In this document: piece by piece, positions 34,725-48,175 of the stretch
How the letters are laid out: each line of letters opens with the position of its first letter
How positions within the stretch are numbered: position 1 is the stretch's first letter
Assembly (NCBI RefSeq): GCF_003918875.1
Contig: NW_025767457.1
Span: 434,001 to 498,000 of the forward strand
Direction of reading: 5' to 3'
Source of the DNA: Haliotis rubra
Lineage: Eukaryota
DNA length: 64,000 bases
The notes under the pieces: model-generated
What the model saw: the letters and a program-made list of their open reading frames with translations, nothing else
Databases searched by the model: none
Told to the model about the DNA's origin: nothing
Translations under genes and position numbers: made by a program

Positions 34725-35400
34725 AATGTGATAAAAGTTGTTTATATGCTCGTGGTTGCAGTTATTGTTTAAAACATGCACACACTTTTTCTAGTTGCTC
34801 TTCTCTTACTTTTTAGGATTTTCTTCTGTAAACGAAAGTGCAGATTTCGGTCGGAATTGCCGTCAGTCTATTTCACAACAATGAATGCTATTGATCGTAA
34901 TCGATCGCGACAAATTTAATATCAACATCGCTATTTTAGCCAAAGAAAAGTCAGTGGGGACAGTTTTTCTTTCACGATCTAAGCGTTAAAACTCAATAAT
35001 TGGATTTCAGAGAATTTGACATGAATGGTACTGCTCCGTAAAAGAGTAAAGAGCAAAACATCACGTTATGGGAATCCAACAGGAAACATGGCGCTCTCAC
35101 AGGAATTAGTCTGAACATGGAGCGTGTTTGAGCTGCGTAATTCGCCACTGGTGTCTCTGAATACAATACCCAGACACTGTTGAGGTACGGACCATATGGA
35201 AGAGCTATAATATCATTAGCCACCGTAATGTCAAGGCGCAACTTTAATCGGGAACGTGTTTTATATATCTCTGAAGTGGGTGAGGAATTATTAATATGTT
35301 TGAACACTGTCCAAATAGCAGTGTTGTGTTCTGAAGCACGTGGGTGTGGTGCCAGCTACCAGTCACTATCCAAAACCTTTTGTGTGTTACACTGTAACAG
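34725..35400 (+). repeat. Third copy of module E (exon-like repeat)
   Basis: Matches 17060-17750 and 8780-8939 plus 9900-10430. Confidence 0.85.
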
Positions 35401-35556
35401 CATCATGGTACCACTACCTAACACATTTTTTAGTCAGAGAACTTGTCTCTTTTACTGTGAGAATCTTCTCTGGCAGAAAAACAAGTCCAAATTCTCTACA
35501 CTGTATTCCGTATTCCATCTGTCCCATTTTTTAACTTGGGACAAGTGGCGAGACCA

Positions 35557-35736
35557 GAGTGAGTGAGTGAGTGAGTGAGTGAATATGGTTGAACGCCGCT
35601 TTTAGCAATATTCCATCAATATCGCGGCGGAAAACACCAGAAATGGTCTTCACACATTGTACCTATGTTGGGAATCGAACCCGAGTCTTCGGCGTGACAA
35701 GCGAACGCTTTAACCACTAGGCCACCCCACCGGCCC
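35557..35736 (-). mobile_element. SINE family B (tRNA-Asp(GTC)-like head)
   Basis: Minus strand ggcctagtggttaaagcgttcgcttgtcacgccgaagactcgggttcgattccc...gcggcgtt...(cact)n. Confidence 0.9.
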
Positions 35737-35934
35737 ATTCGCCATCCGGTTACCGTGACCCGTAGTCAACCATAACATTGTTCATGACCTTTCAATCCCT
35801 GGTTGTACAACGGTTTTGTAAAGGAGGTGATCAGTCAGAAAGGTTCGTCAGTTCATGAGTTTTATGAGTTTACTCACCGTTAAAAAACTCATGGCTTTTG
35901 CTACCGTAAACTCGGTTAGATGAAAGTAAATATT

Positions 35935-36400
35935 CGACAAAGACAATTGAGTCTAATTACGTACGACACGTCTGCTATCCTGATGATGAAACGGAAGAGT
36001 AACGACAATTGACAGTTGAGCGTCTGGAGGATGAAAGGACCCAAGAATATGCCGCCGGCTGGTTATACCAAATGATCAAACACTTGCCGTTCTCTTGTCT
36101 TTATATAATGAGAATGCTATTTCTGAATGTTCTGTTCTCGCGGCGAAGTAAGTCTTTTATTGTTTCATATGATAATTGAGAGGTTAAAGAAGTGTGATTG
36201 TGTCCAGATGTAACCCTGCACTAACGTATTAGCAAATGTCCTGAAAAAATGATATCTATCGGAAATATTCGATTTCCGGCTTCGACGTACGTAAAATGCG
36301 ATTGTCACGCGGTTGGATGTCATAATGAAAACATCTGGGAGCGTTTACCACTAGATGTTCTCAATATGGAAAGAACAAAAGTAGACAAAAACAGTTACCC
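35935..36400 (-). promoter_or_regulatory. Putative Pol II core promoter (TATA plus Inr) and short first exon, duplicated cassette
   Basis: Minus strand TATATAAAG (36107-36099), TCATTT Inr-like with A at 36073 (32 nt from TATAAAG), donor-like GTACGT about 110 nt downstream; function is inferred. Confidence 0.4.
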
Positions 36401-38842
36401 TATGCGGGCCGATAATAATAAATAATACATTCAAACACAGTGTACTGACTTCTAGCCGAGCCGACTTTTAGTCCTCAAAAGGTCCCCTTTGTGCCGAGTG
36501 CTACAATCTCTTAACGTCCTTTGGTTGATGCGGTCATGTATCAAACCCGATTTTTCCACATTCTGACCAACGCTCTATCAACTGGACCACGGATTCGGTC
36601 TCACTCGTGAATCTACGGAAAAAGGTATTTTTTACAATAAACTATATCATTGTAAAATATGGCTACTTTAGATGTTACCAACAGCCACAAAGCCAGCTGA
36701 GTCCTCAGTGAAGTGGTCTCCGATCTGCGGGTAGACCACGGGGACCACTTAAAGTGTGAGGAAACTCAGAGGTCTTAAACGTTTACCATAGGAGTATAAC
36801 GTGGTGCTGGCATGCAAGGTTCAAAACTAGGCGAATATTGGATTCAAAGTCTCGATCAGCAGATTCTGTTTAAGTGCAGCTACTCTGAACAGCGAAATGT
36901 GCTTGCCTACCCAACCACTGCCACTTATTATTAGCAACATTACAATACATAATACCAATCTGCAAGCTGATAGTACTCGTTTTTAAAGTATTCAGGTCAA
37001 TAATGAACGAGTAACAATCTGTTTAGGTCGGACATAATCTGCTGAGCTGGTCATATTTTGACGTGCTTGACATATCTCTGACAAGTGTACTAGACAAATA
37101 GTGTTACTCATTGGAATCAAACCCACTATCAGCAGATTCAGTTAATGTTAAGTAAATCTGGACAGTGCAATACAGTGCCTGCTTACCCCACCAATGCATC
37201 TTATTATTACGAGCATTACAATAGATAATACCAATCTGCAAGCTGATACAAGTCGTACTTAAAGTATTCAGGTCAATAATGAATGGTATTCATATGGCGT
37301 TCTCTGTTAAAAGATAATCATCATCAGACAAGCAACCAATATGTTGCAGAAGCTGACCCACAAAATTCTCAGCAGAGAAAGAGATTCTGCTAGATCTTCA
37401 CGCCTATTTCCGTCTGTGTTTGTAGTTATGTGATCCTTTGATTTGCTGCCCTGTAGGCCACCGTTTCAAATTGTAAAGGTCAACGCGTTGCTTGTGGGGG
37501 TCGGGGGAATAAATAATACGACATTCGACGGATATTACCTGGCTATAGAAGCCATGTTACGATGCCCTGACTCTAGAAACGCTTCTCAAGCGAGTAGCCA
37601 GAACATATGACAGATGGGCATTAATCCTACAGTGAATCCTTACAATAGAAGATGAATATAATCAATAAATACTGAATATGAGACAGGGGATATAATTTCT
37701 GAGTAAAACCTGGAAGGGATAAATTGATCCAACCTACTTAATCAATTTATATATTTTCTGTTTTGTCATCCGCCGACATAGCTCATTCTGCGTGTGGAAT
37801 TAATATCCGAATTATGGATTCCACACAATGGAATGCTATTGTACTAGTTTATTTATCCAGGCTAAAATCTTTATAGCACCTTCAATGTAGGATGGTTTCT
37901 TTATTCCTAACACGACGTTTTTTAATTTATGTTATTAGTCGTCCACGCTATTCATACTCATATGTTGGCGGAAGATGGGGCACGACATTGAATCATTAAA
38001 TTGATGTCGGCAAAACGTTTGTATTCACACTGTGCTCTTCAGAAGTGGCTCTGTTTCATGGTTCTGGCAAGGTTTCAGAGCTGTGTGTGGAGGCCATGAA
38101 GAGCAGTGTCTGAGCATCAATTAGCGACAACATCAGAGATCGAGGGCAGTTTCAACGTGACAGCTGGACTTAAATGCTTTGGCACGTCTGGCCCGATTTA
38201 GCCAAGCTGTGCACAAGCTGATTTGTTTCAAACCTTGTCGTATGACCTGTATACAATTGGAAGACAGCTGTAGTGAGATTTTAGGGTAATATACTAGTAT
38301 TGAAATGTTCCCATTAGGAGACACAAGATTTATTAACAAGAAGGAGCTGTTTAGTGAAAGTGTTTTGTAGATATATGATATTTTTACACGAACCATTGTT
38401 TGATCCCTCAACTTCTAGGCTTTAGATACACATGGACATATGGATGACATTCCAAATTTCACGCATCAGTAACAAATATTTTCAATTGCATTTTCATATT
38501 TTGGCTTATTTCCGTGTTGTCTTGGGTGAAGAATGTATTTGCCCTTGCAAGTGTTTGAGATATTAAGACAGGAAACGATTCATTTTCGCAAACACCAGAT
38601 GCAATGACCTTTTATTTTGATATAATATGCTTGTGGTATTTTCGGAATTGCATGCCTTCAGATTATTTGAAATATTTAGATAATAGATCAGCAATGTGTT
38701 ATCCATTTTCCCCACGAGTGTTTTACAAAAGGAATTTGTTATAAAACGGTGTCTTGCACTGACCAGTGCAGTAATTTATACAATATTCATTTAGACTTCA
38801 ACGTTAAGGAATTTAAAAACAAAACTAAACCAAAAAAGGGGC

Positions 38843-39052
38843 TTGTTTGTTGTTGAAAGCCACACTCAGCAACTGTCCATGTACATTGTATATGGTGGCG
38901 GTCTGGGAAAAATTGAGCAGACAATCCAGTGATCCAGCATCGATCTTCAACGTGCCTCAACCCAGTCAGCGAGCCTGTTACTCGTTCCGTTAACCGTCTT
39001 TATAACAAGCATGGGTTGCTGAGGATCAATGCTAACCTGGACATTCACGGTC
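38843..39052 (-). mobile_element. SINE family A, old copy that predates the inverted duplication
   Basis: Degenerate match; its 5' start survives in the right arm at about 57466-57482. Confidence 0.75.
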
Positions 39053-39233
39053 ATAGAAGCGAGGAGTGTTATTACAACACCTGTAGCTGATCATTCAATC
39101 AAGACTAATCTCTTAAGGTGCAACTTGACAATAAAATCGATGCTCGAGGACATTTGACATAATGTTCATTCACAAGCTCTGAACCTTTACAATACCCCGA
39201 TACGAGTCCATTGCTCTATTTGAAACGTATTTA

Positions 39234-39468
39234 CCCGTGAAGATCTGGGTTAGAATTGGTCTTCAGTAATGCTTGTCGTAAGAGGCGACTAACGGCATCA
39301 GGTGGCTATTTTCGCTGACTTGGTTGACACATGTCATCGTATACCAGTTGCGTAGATCGATGCTCATGCTGTTGATCACTGGATCGTCTGATCATGATTC
39401 GCTATATACAGACCGCCGCGATATAGTTGGTATATTGCTGAGTGCGGCGTAAAACTGGACTCACTCAC
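39234..39468 (+). mobile_element. SINE family A, left arm only
   Basis: TSD tgaaa(c/g)gtatt; empty site near 57280-57290 in the right arm. Confidence 0.9.
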
Positions 39469-39837
39469 TGAAAGGTATTGTCCCTGAGATAGACCATAGG
39501 CAACTGCAAAACGCTAGGACATATTCAAGTAAACTACATCAGCTATACAACCTTTACATGCATGCGTAGCGTCTAGGCATATCTCTTGTATTTTGTGACA
39601 AATGTATGTGTCTATCGGGTGTAGATTATCCGTCTGGTAGAGCAGACTTTGAGGAATACGTTTACACAGTAATGCCGACTCCATCATTCGATGACATGCC
39701 AATACGAAAATGTTCTGGCCGTACCTAATGTTATTTAACACTGTTTAGTGAAAGTGTGTTGTTATTAAAAGGGGATCTCTTCACGGGTGATTTATGAATA
39801 AATATACACACCAGCCATTCGTAATCCAACAAATGTA

Positions 39838-39990
39838 TGAGTGAGTGAGTTTGGTTTTACGCCGCATTTAGCAATATTCCAGCAATATCACGGCGGGGGA
39901 CACCAGAGATGGGCTTCAGACATTGTACCCATGTGGGGAATCGAACCCGGGTCTTCGGCTTGACGAGCGAACGCTTTAACCCCTAGGCCC
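39838..39990 (-). mobile_element. SINE family B, left arm only
   Basis: B box ggttcgattccccac and (cact)n tail on the minus strand; absent near 56925 in the right arm. Confidence 0.9.
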
Positions 39991-40351
39991 ATAATTGGAT
40001 GACCTCGTCATAAAAGTATATGATGGACGCAGTGAGCACATGTAAGTAACACATAAAATGACAGAATCATTTACGTAAAGGCGATAAAAATGGCAAAATT
40101 ATCATTTTAAAGACAATGTCGTTAACACGTCAATATATTTATGTCTTTGTGGTAAAAGAATACATCACCATCGACTCCATAAACATTGTATATTTCTATA
40201 TTCCACACATCATGAAAATTTCATCGATGATGGGCACTGCTGAAGAACGTATGTTATTACGACAGACGTCATACTGTGCATCACCTTCAAGGAAGTTATG
40301 TCTATGAAATCCTTTTAGCACTGTGGCAATTTTATCAGGAATACGATTGTA

Positions 40352-40597
40352 GTGAGTGAGTGAGTTTAGGTTTACTCCGCACTCAGCAATATTCCGGCTA
40401 TATGGCGGCGGTCTGTAAATAATCGAGTCTGGACCAGACAATCCAGTGATCAACAGCATAAGCATCGATCTGCGCAATTGGGAACCGATGACATGTGTCA
40501 ACCAAGCCAGTGAGCCTGACCACCCGATCCCGTTAGTCGCCTCTTACGACAAGCATGGGTTGCTGAAGGTAAATTCTAACCCGGACCTTCATGGGTG
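40352..40597 (-). mobile_element. SINE family A, left arm only
   Basis: TSD gaatacgattg; empty site ccagtcgtattcctg near 56660. Confidence 0.92.
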
Positions 40598-42296
40598 AAT
40601 ACGATTGGAAGTATAGCACTATGAGATAGATTGATGTTGCTCGTGACTTCAGTGCAATGGTGTCGGGAACATACAACAGACAGACACTTACGTCAGTCTC
40701 CTCACAGCAATGTCTTTAAGAGACACGCACCTGTCTTGTTGTCTTGCCGACAAACTTGACTTTTAAAGGCTTCCGGCACTGTGCACATGAACACAAGTGG
40801 GCATGTTTCTTGCATTTGCACAGAGCATAATCTTTCTTTTGAAATATAATTCCAAACCTTACATATCAAAGGCATACGGAAATAATTGCTTCAGACTTCA
40901 TTCCTCTAATTTCTGCTCTATGTTTGACTTAACTAGAAACAGCCTACCATTGACATTTGCCAAGCCATTGTGTTACCGTTGTCCTCGACTGCGTTGTAAT
41001 GGTCGACCATTCTGTTAGGATGATTGGGCGTAATAATGTGGATAATTTGTGTTTCACTTTGGTCATCTTATCTCAGTTGGTAGATGACAGAAAGGCGGCT
41101 GTTACACGGAACGTACAACGTTCAATTCTTGTTGCTATATTTTCAGTTTCATCATGCTTTATACTCTTGACGGAATATCAAAAGCTACATGCAAAGGTCA
41201 GCGTCAGTTTGTAATAACAGTATTGAAATGTTACAGCACAGCCAGATTTCCCACACCGTGATCTAGCTGAAATATTTCTGAAAGCAGAGTCTTCTTGTAT
41301 TTCTTTGACAGTCAAACCAGCTCATGCTTTCTAAAGCTGAAACAGGTATATGACCGGCGTGTCTGAGGCCCTTAATGTATATGTATACAGTCTACCAATT
41401 AGCGTCATTGGCATATGAGAAACTAGAGGCCAGTTTTAGAACATATGACGTCGAGTACTGTCTTTATTGATAGCCTGGAAAGGTGAAAGGCATTGGTATA
41501 TTTTGCTAGTGCAAAACAATCCTTACACAGGATAGTCATAAGTTTAAAGGCAGTTTTGGTTTTTAATGATGGCCAGGCAAAATATTTCGTGTGTAAGGTT
41601 AATTCCATAGCCAAATCTCAAGGCCCTTTTAAACGGGTTTGCCTATTTGTATCTTTGAGCTCTGAGTATGCGACGTATAAATCCCACTGTCAAAAGGCCT
41701 TCAAAGCACTGCCTGTACCATTCATGGTATCATAGACCTGAGAAATTCACAAGAATACAAGAATAGAGACAGAGAAACATTTTACCGACCACTAAGATAT
41801 AGGATGTCAGGATGATTGGGAGTAATAATGTGGGTAATTTGTGTTTCTTCTCTCAGTGGGTAGATGACAGAAAGGCGGTTGTTACACGGAACGTACAAGA
41901 TTGTATCAAATCAGCCGGGATTTGTGTCATTTTTTTGTATATTTTCAGTTTCATCATGCTTTTTTATTCTTGACGGAATAGAAAGGGTTACAAACGCAGG
42001 TCATCGTCAGTTTGTATAACAGTATTGCAATGTTACAACACAGTCATGATGTCTTTTTTCCATGAAGCACTTTTATAACACATTCGTGATACAGGTATAT
42101 TCATTTACTATCTGATACACCCCCACCTTTTGAAAATGACTTAAGACCACATTGAAGATTTTTTTATTTGCGTCGGCGGAGCCAAGGGGGTTCGAACTTA
42201 AAATTCCTGGATCCGCCCATGTGATATTATCTTAATGTACTGCTTTTGATGGGTCATGTTGTTACAGAGACATGATCTCTGATATCGGTCTCCGTC

Positions 42297-42473
42297 TGTT
42301 TGTTTGTTGTAAAACGCCGGACTCAATAATATTCCAGCTATTTGGCGGTGGTCTGTAAATAATTGAGTCAGGACCAGACAATCCAGTGATCAACAGCATG
42401 CGCCTCGATCTACGCATTTGTGGGATAAATCAAAGTGTCAATCAAGTCAGGGAGCGGCCAGATCTTCACGAGT
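42297..42473 (-). mobile_element. SINE family A, internally deleted
   Basis: (tgtt)n...aacgccg...aatattccagcta...ccagacaatccagtgatcaacagcatg...ccagatcttcacgagt. Confidence 0.75.
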
Positions 42474-42659
42474 GTCATCGTCTGTAACGGTCACCGACTT
42501 AGTGAAACGTAACAATGGTATGTGTCGTGGCGTTACAAAACTCGTGATGATAATGCTATACTGAGGTGATAAGGTTCAGCTGTATTTTCGCACAGCTAGA
42601 AGACTTATGTTAATGTCGTATTTACAAGACATTCTATGTTCCAGATCAGTGCTACCTTT

Positions 42660-42660
<1 letters not shown>

Positions 42661-42692
<32 letters not shown>
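42661..42692. repeat. (TG)n microsatellite
   Basis: Read directly from the sequence. Confidence 0.95.
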
Positions 42693-43049
42693 ATCTGTCA
42701 TTCAGTCCGTAAGCGAGTGAGGAATCTGCAATCTTGCAGCTTTTTTGCGCGTAATATTTTATGTTAATAACATTTCAAAGGCAATTCCGTATTTTGACTT
42801 GTATCATACTTAATTAGATTCATAGTAAATAAAATCACGCGTTGTTTTCGTGTAATAAATGAAAGATTGTAATGAGCCTGGGCCTTGCCTTTGCATGTGT
42901 TTATGATAGTTGTCATACTGTTATATTTTTTTTTCGAATTCCTGGTATATACTGCTCACCAAGAGTAGTGGATATTGTAAAGTCGAGACAAATAAAAGCA
43001 AACGTATGTTTAATTGTTATTGGGAAACAATGTTCATGTGGAAATAAGG

Positions 43050-43573
43050 ATGTCCAGCACCAGTTTTAAACAAATTAACTTTGATAACGATGCAGATGTT
43101 TTTTTGTACATACCGCTAAGTTCACCAGTAGTGGTAACCGAAATGTCACAAACCGGTTAATAACGGGTTGGCCCACCATTAGCTGCCAAACAAGAATGAC
43201 ATGAATGAGGAGACCAATGTCAACTTGAGGAATCCTTTGCCATTCCTCTTGGAGTGCCACGCCCAGTTCTGCCAAGTCCTGACATGGGGGTGCCACCCCT
43301 GCACTCGTCGTCCGAGCATATCCCACACATGCTCTATGGGGGAGAAGTCGGGAGACATAGCTGGCCATGGAAGATTTTGGATTTGGTGCTGCCGGAGATG
43401 ATCAAGGACGGTGAGCCCTGGCGTTATCATCCTGGAAAATGAAACCTTGTCCATGGCGGCGTGCAAACGGCAGGACGTGTGGCGTGACTATAGACAGCAG
43501 TGACTCTCCCATGGCAGATGTGGAGATCGGTCCTGCCCGTCATCGTGATCCCACCCCACACCATAACAGACCC
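43050..43573 (-). mobile_element. Tc1-family transposase C-terminal fragment (DDE domain), frameshifted
   Basis: GSVMVWGGIT, QDDNARAH, WPAMSPDFSPIEHVWDMLGRRV, LQEEWQRIPQ, ANGGPTRY*; abuts the LINE at 43574. Confidence 0.9.
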
Positions 43574-45692
43574 ATAACAGATACAGCGGATATCGCAAAC
43601 AAACTTGGGGAATCTTTAGCCAAACATTCCTCCTCATCAAATTACACACAAAAATTTAAGAAATTTAAAGACCAGGCAGAAAGAGAGAAACTTAATTTTA
43701 ATTCTGATAACGATGAGGACTATAATGAACTTTTCTCCTTACATGAATTGCACACTGCTTTAGGGGACAAGCACACGATACAGCAACAGGGGGTGATAAT
43801 ATTCATTATCAACTGTTAAAACATTTTCCAGATACTTGTCTTGGAGTACTATTATGTATCTTTGACAACATATGGACTACTGGTAATTTCCCTTCTTCAT
43901 GGCGGAATGCTGTCGTCATTCCTATACCTAAACCTGGCCGGGATCATACAGATCCTTCTAATCATAGGCCAATATCTCTTACCAGCTGTTTATGTAAGAC
44001 CATGGATAGAATGGTCAATAACCGACTGATATTGTACCTGGAAACAAATAATCTTCCAACAAATATTCAGTGTGGTTTTAGAAGAAATAGAAAGTACCAT
44101 AGATCATTTAGTTAGATTGGAAACGTTCGTAAAGGATGATATCATCAAGAAACAACATCCTGTATCAATATTTTTCGATTTAGAAAAAGCGTATGGTACG
44201 ACCTGGAAGTATGGAATTTTAAAAGATCTTCATGAAATGGGTTTGAGAGGCCGTTTGTCTCAATTTATATCTCAGTTTTTAACAGCTCGGCCGTTCCAGG
44301 TACGTGTGGAATATTTTTAATCAATTAAAAATTAAATATAATACATGCAAGGACTTATTTACAGATGGGTCCAAGGAAGGTGGCGCAGTGGCTTGTGCCA
44401 CTGTTATTGGATCAAAAATAATATCTTCTAGATTACCTGACAACAGCTCTATTTTCACAGCGGAAGCTAATGCCATACTCACAGCTCTTAAATATATTAA
44501 TAAAAAAACTAAATATAATCAATACATAATATTTTCCGATTCTCTTTCTTGCCTTCAGGCTATTAAAATTTTGCCTTCTCAACATACACTTTTAATTGAA
44601 ATCGTTGAATTATATATTGATCTGGCTACTGGCCAATACGCCATCGTCGTTTGTAGGTTACCCAGCCATGTGGGAACCTCTGGTAACACAATGGCCGATT
44701 TTGCTGCAAAGGCAGCACTCAAGAAATCTGTGACACCACTTCTTATCCCATATTCTGATTATAAAGCCGTGATTAGATCATATATCCGAGATCTAATGCA
44801 AAAGAAGTGGGACACCCAAGTAGGTATCAATAAATTACACGAAATTAAACCAACTATCGGTTACACCTACTTGGGTTGTCAGTCCAGGTTTGAGGAGGTC
44901 ATCATGCGACGATGTCGCATTGGCCATACAAGATATTCACATTAATATTTATTGAAAGGTGAAGATCCTCCATTCTGTATCCCTTGTGATGAACGAATCA
45001 CGGTCAAGCATTTCCTGCTTGACTGCATTGAGTTTTGCAGCACAAGGGATAAATATTTCAGTGTCAAAACACTGAAGGATCTTTTTTATACTCTAAATTA
45101 TCATTTAATACTTGGTATTTTAAACATAAATTTTGAATAATATGTTTGTAAATATATAAATGGTATTTTAAACATGGTAGTATGAATTAGCAACTGCGAT
45201 TGTTAGTGGCTGTATCCTCAAAGGGGGTTAAAGTATCGTAAAATATTGTCCTCCTGAGAGGGTACGTCCCAAACACTTTCAAAGACAATTTCGCACAACC
45301 AAACTTTTTAATCGTAGTATTTCTGTTATTTTAACTTTTGGCTAAATCTTCCTACATCGCCAGCGGCTGAAGGGATGGTGTAAATCCAGCTAGGGTCCAT
45401 GCAGGTAGCAAAAGTAATGTAAGTCCCCATGGTTCCTAGTATGGTGATCTACCTTCAGTTGTTGGCGATCTACAACCCGTGTTTAATATTGTATTGTCTT
45501 CTTTAATTAAAATCTTTTAGTTTTACATGCTAGTTTTATGTTCATATATGTGATTTTCGAGTATTTTTACTGTCCATCGTCGACAGGTTTTACTCTTCAA
45601 AATGTTTTCATTTTTTATTGTATTAATTGTTTTCGTGACGATATGGCTTAGATATTGCGATGTGGCGTTAAATATTAACTCACTCACTCACT
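43574..45692 (+). mobile_element. 5'-truncated, internally deleted I/Nimb LINE
   Basis: IANKLGESLAKHSSS...FFDLEKAY...FQVRV joined near 44308 directly to the RNase H region FTDGSKEGG; full 3'UTR and (cact)n tail. Confidence 0.92.
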
Positions 45693-46488
45693 ATAAGAAT
45701 TTGTATAATATAATATGAATAAACAAAAACTGTTCATGAATCGAGAACGTTTTTCTTGAATAGTTCTAAATATTACTTCAGTTCGCTACCAGTATTCAAC
45801 GTATGTCATGCTCAATTTAGTTTTCAGCGGAATCATAACAAAGGCCACCAAAACCATGGAATCCAACATGTGTTGTCTACCCTCGCGTGTTTTACTCGAT
45901 GGAAATCATGATAGGTATATAATCGTTATCCCTGTCTTACATTAGCATCTCAACAGACCAAATAAAAACAAATTCCGTGAAATCTCTCAAAGAGTGAAAA
46001 GGAGTATTAAGGACAAGGAGTGGGTGAACAAACGTTCAGTAACTTGTACAATAGGCGGCGAGTTCTCTAGACATTACGTCAATAATTGGTTCAACTCGTG
46101 AAAGTCGTATTCTGACATCCTTGATCTCGACATTCGTTGGCGAACACCTGCTTTCACCACATATTTTCAGCGTTCCTGCCCTAGGCGCTTTTTCACTATT
46201 CGACTGGAGGAATCTACTTTGACAGATAACTGAGACAGGTTACTTTCTGGCCTTGGCGTTTAATATTCAAATATCATAGTTGTCCATGACCTACAGAGCG
46301 GGTTTGAAATATTATAGGAACATTATTTCATGCCAAAAATCACTACTATACTATACTTCAACGTTCACCTTGGGACTTAAATGTATCCCATTATTTCAGT
46401 CTAATTTATTATGTCCCCTTGGAAATACATATTTCAACATGTACATCAACATTTTACAATTCGTCTTACTTAACTTAAAACCCACAAA

Positions 46489-46652
46489 GACACGTAAAGT
46501 TCCTGGTAAAAAGTGTTATTCAGATACCCATGATTGTCGTATGAGGCGACTAACGGGATCGGGTGGACTGGGTTGATGCATGTCATGATCTCCCAAATGC
46601 GTGGAACTATGCTCATGATGTTAATCACTGGATTGTCTGGTTAAACAACAAA
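46489..46652 (+). mobile_element. SINE family A, degenerate
   Basis: acccatgattgtcgtatgaggcgactaacgggatcgggtgg...atcactggattgtctgg. Confidence 0.75.
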
Positions 46653-47569
46653 CAAACATCACACATCCCATATTCACTCACATGGCCAACTACCTTCTGT
46701 CTACTCTTGGCGTGGTTATGTGCAGAGTTCCGCCTCAAGGATTCAGCAATGTACACAAAAAATTGTGGAATCACTAACGCTTTGAAGACGTTAGAAACAG
46801 ATTCTATTTGTTTCATCTCAGGTAAAATCTCACATACACTTACTTCTATAAACATGGACCATAATGGTGCAATAGATACTGGTGGCCTCAGATTTGTCAA
46901 AGGGTACACTCGTATTTCCAATCCAAGTTCCTTCTGAGAAGTAGACATAACAAACTAATGAAAACAGATATTGCAAATAGAGAGAGGTCACATAGCAAAG
47001 AAGCGTGAATACGAATGGAGATCTAACGGAAAGGATGGTGACAATACCGAGGACAAAGAGTCCCCACAGCTGTGTTGAAACATTACATTTTATTTCCTCA
47101 TCTTTCTACACGAAAATGCGTAAAAGAAATGCTTTTGTCAGCTTTCTGCTAAGCCATTCGCGAAATATCCCCGCACACATTGACAAGCTATCCAGAAATT
47201 GTGAAGAGCCCTTAAATAATCCAACACAGACATCATCTGCACCAGCAGCATTATATGGAAGACGAGGCACAGGCAATCCTACACCAGCCATACCCCATAG
47301 GACACGCTCTATAGGACACGCTCTACAAGATCAAATACAAAGATCGAAGACACGAAGAAGATCAATCGGTGTTTAGAATAACATAACGTTTGGCTTCTGC
47401 TGTAAAAATATAAGAGCTGTTATCCAATATCCTAGAAGATATTGTTCAGGATCAGTGGCATTTAACACTCTGTGACTGAGTTCTTGTTTATACGCTAATT
47501 CATTTGTTTCCATTTTTTAAAATGTAGTTAATGTTAGGAGTCTTGCTTGGCCGAACCAATTTATACAGG

Positions 47570-48175
47570 CGAGGAAAGAGAAAACGGGAAGGAGCTATAT
47601 GTTCTAGCTCAATGCCAGCAGCAGAAAGAAAAGGTTCCACTATACCCAAGAATTGCTTGGAACCAAAGGAGAAGGCTTCTTGTCAGATCTTCATATAGTG
47701 GATTAAAGACTTCATATGCAGGGTACTCATTGGAATAAAGTTTAGCGTAATATGCAAAGTTAATTTTATGCGGCGTTATTACAAGAGATGAGCTCATCAG
47801 CCTCGACGTTGTCAACGAATTCGAAGTTCTTCTCTAGACCTTGGTGGTGGACAGAATCTAAAGAAGTTTTACCCAAATTACTGTTGCAGGCTCCACCGCC
47901 AAACGATGGAGCCATAATCAAGCGTCAATGATCGATATAATTGTAGGAGGTAGCTTGATCCCTCCCCTACTTAAATAAACGACTTTCCAAAGCAAGTCAA
48001 GTGCCTTCAAGCATTTGGATTTTAGGGACTTGATATGGGAAGAAACGTTAGATGCGAGTCAAAAAAATTAAACCCAAGAACTTGGCCTCCTTTACAACCT
48101 TGATGGGAGTGCCATTCAGCGTCTTTTATGCAGTTTATATTTTCTACAAAATGTATACAATTAGTTTTGGATTTA
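47570..48175 (-). mobile_element. Decayed I/Nimb LINE ORF2 fragment, antisense
   Basis: Minus strand KSKTNCIHF, FDSHLTFLP, EVFNPLYEDL, AAGIELEHIAP match ORF2 at about 32735-33375. Confidence 0.85.

Larger units (their letters stand above)
37003..41807 (+). repeat. Left arm of long inverted repeat
   Basis: Outer end atgaacgagtaacaatct pairs with 59691-59708; inner end accgaccactaagatataggatgt pairs with 55469-55492. Confidence 0.95.
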
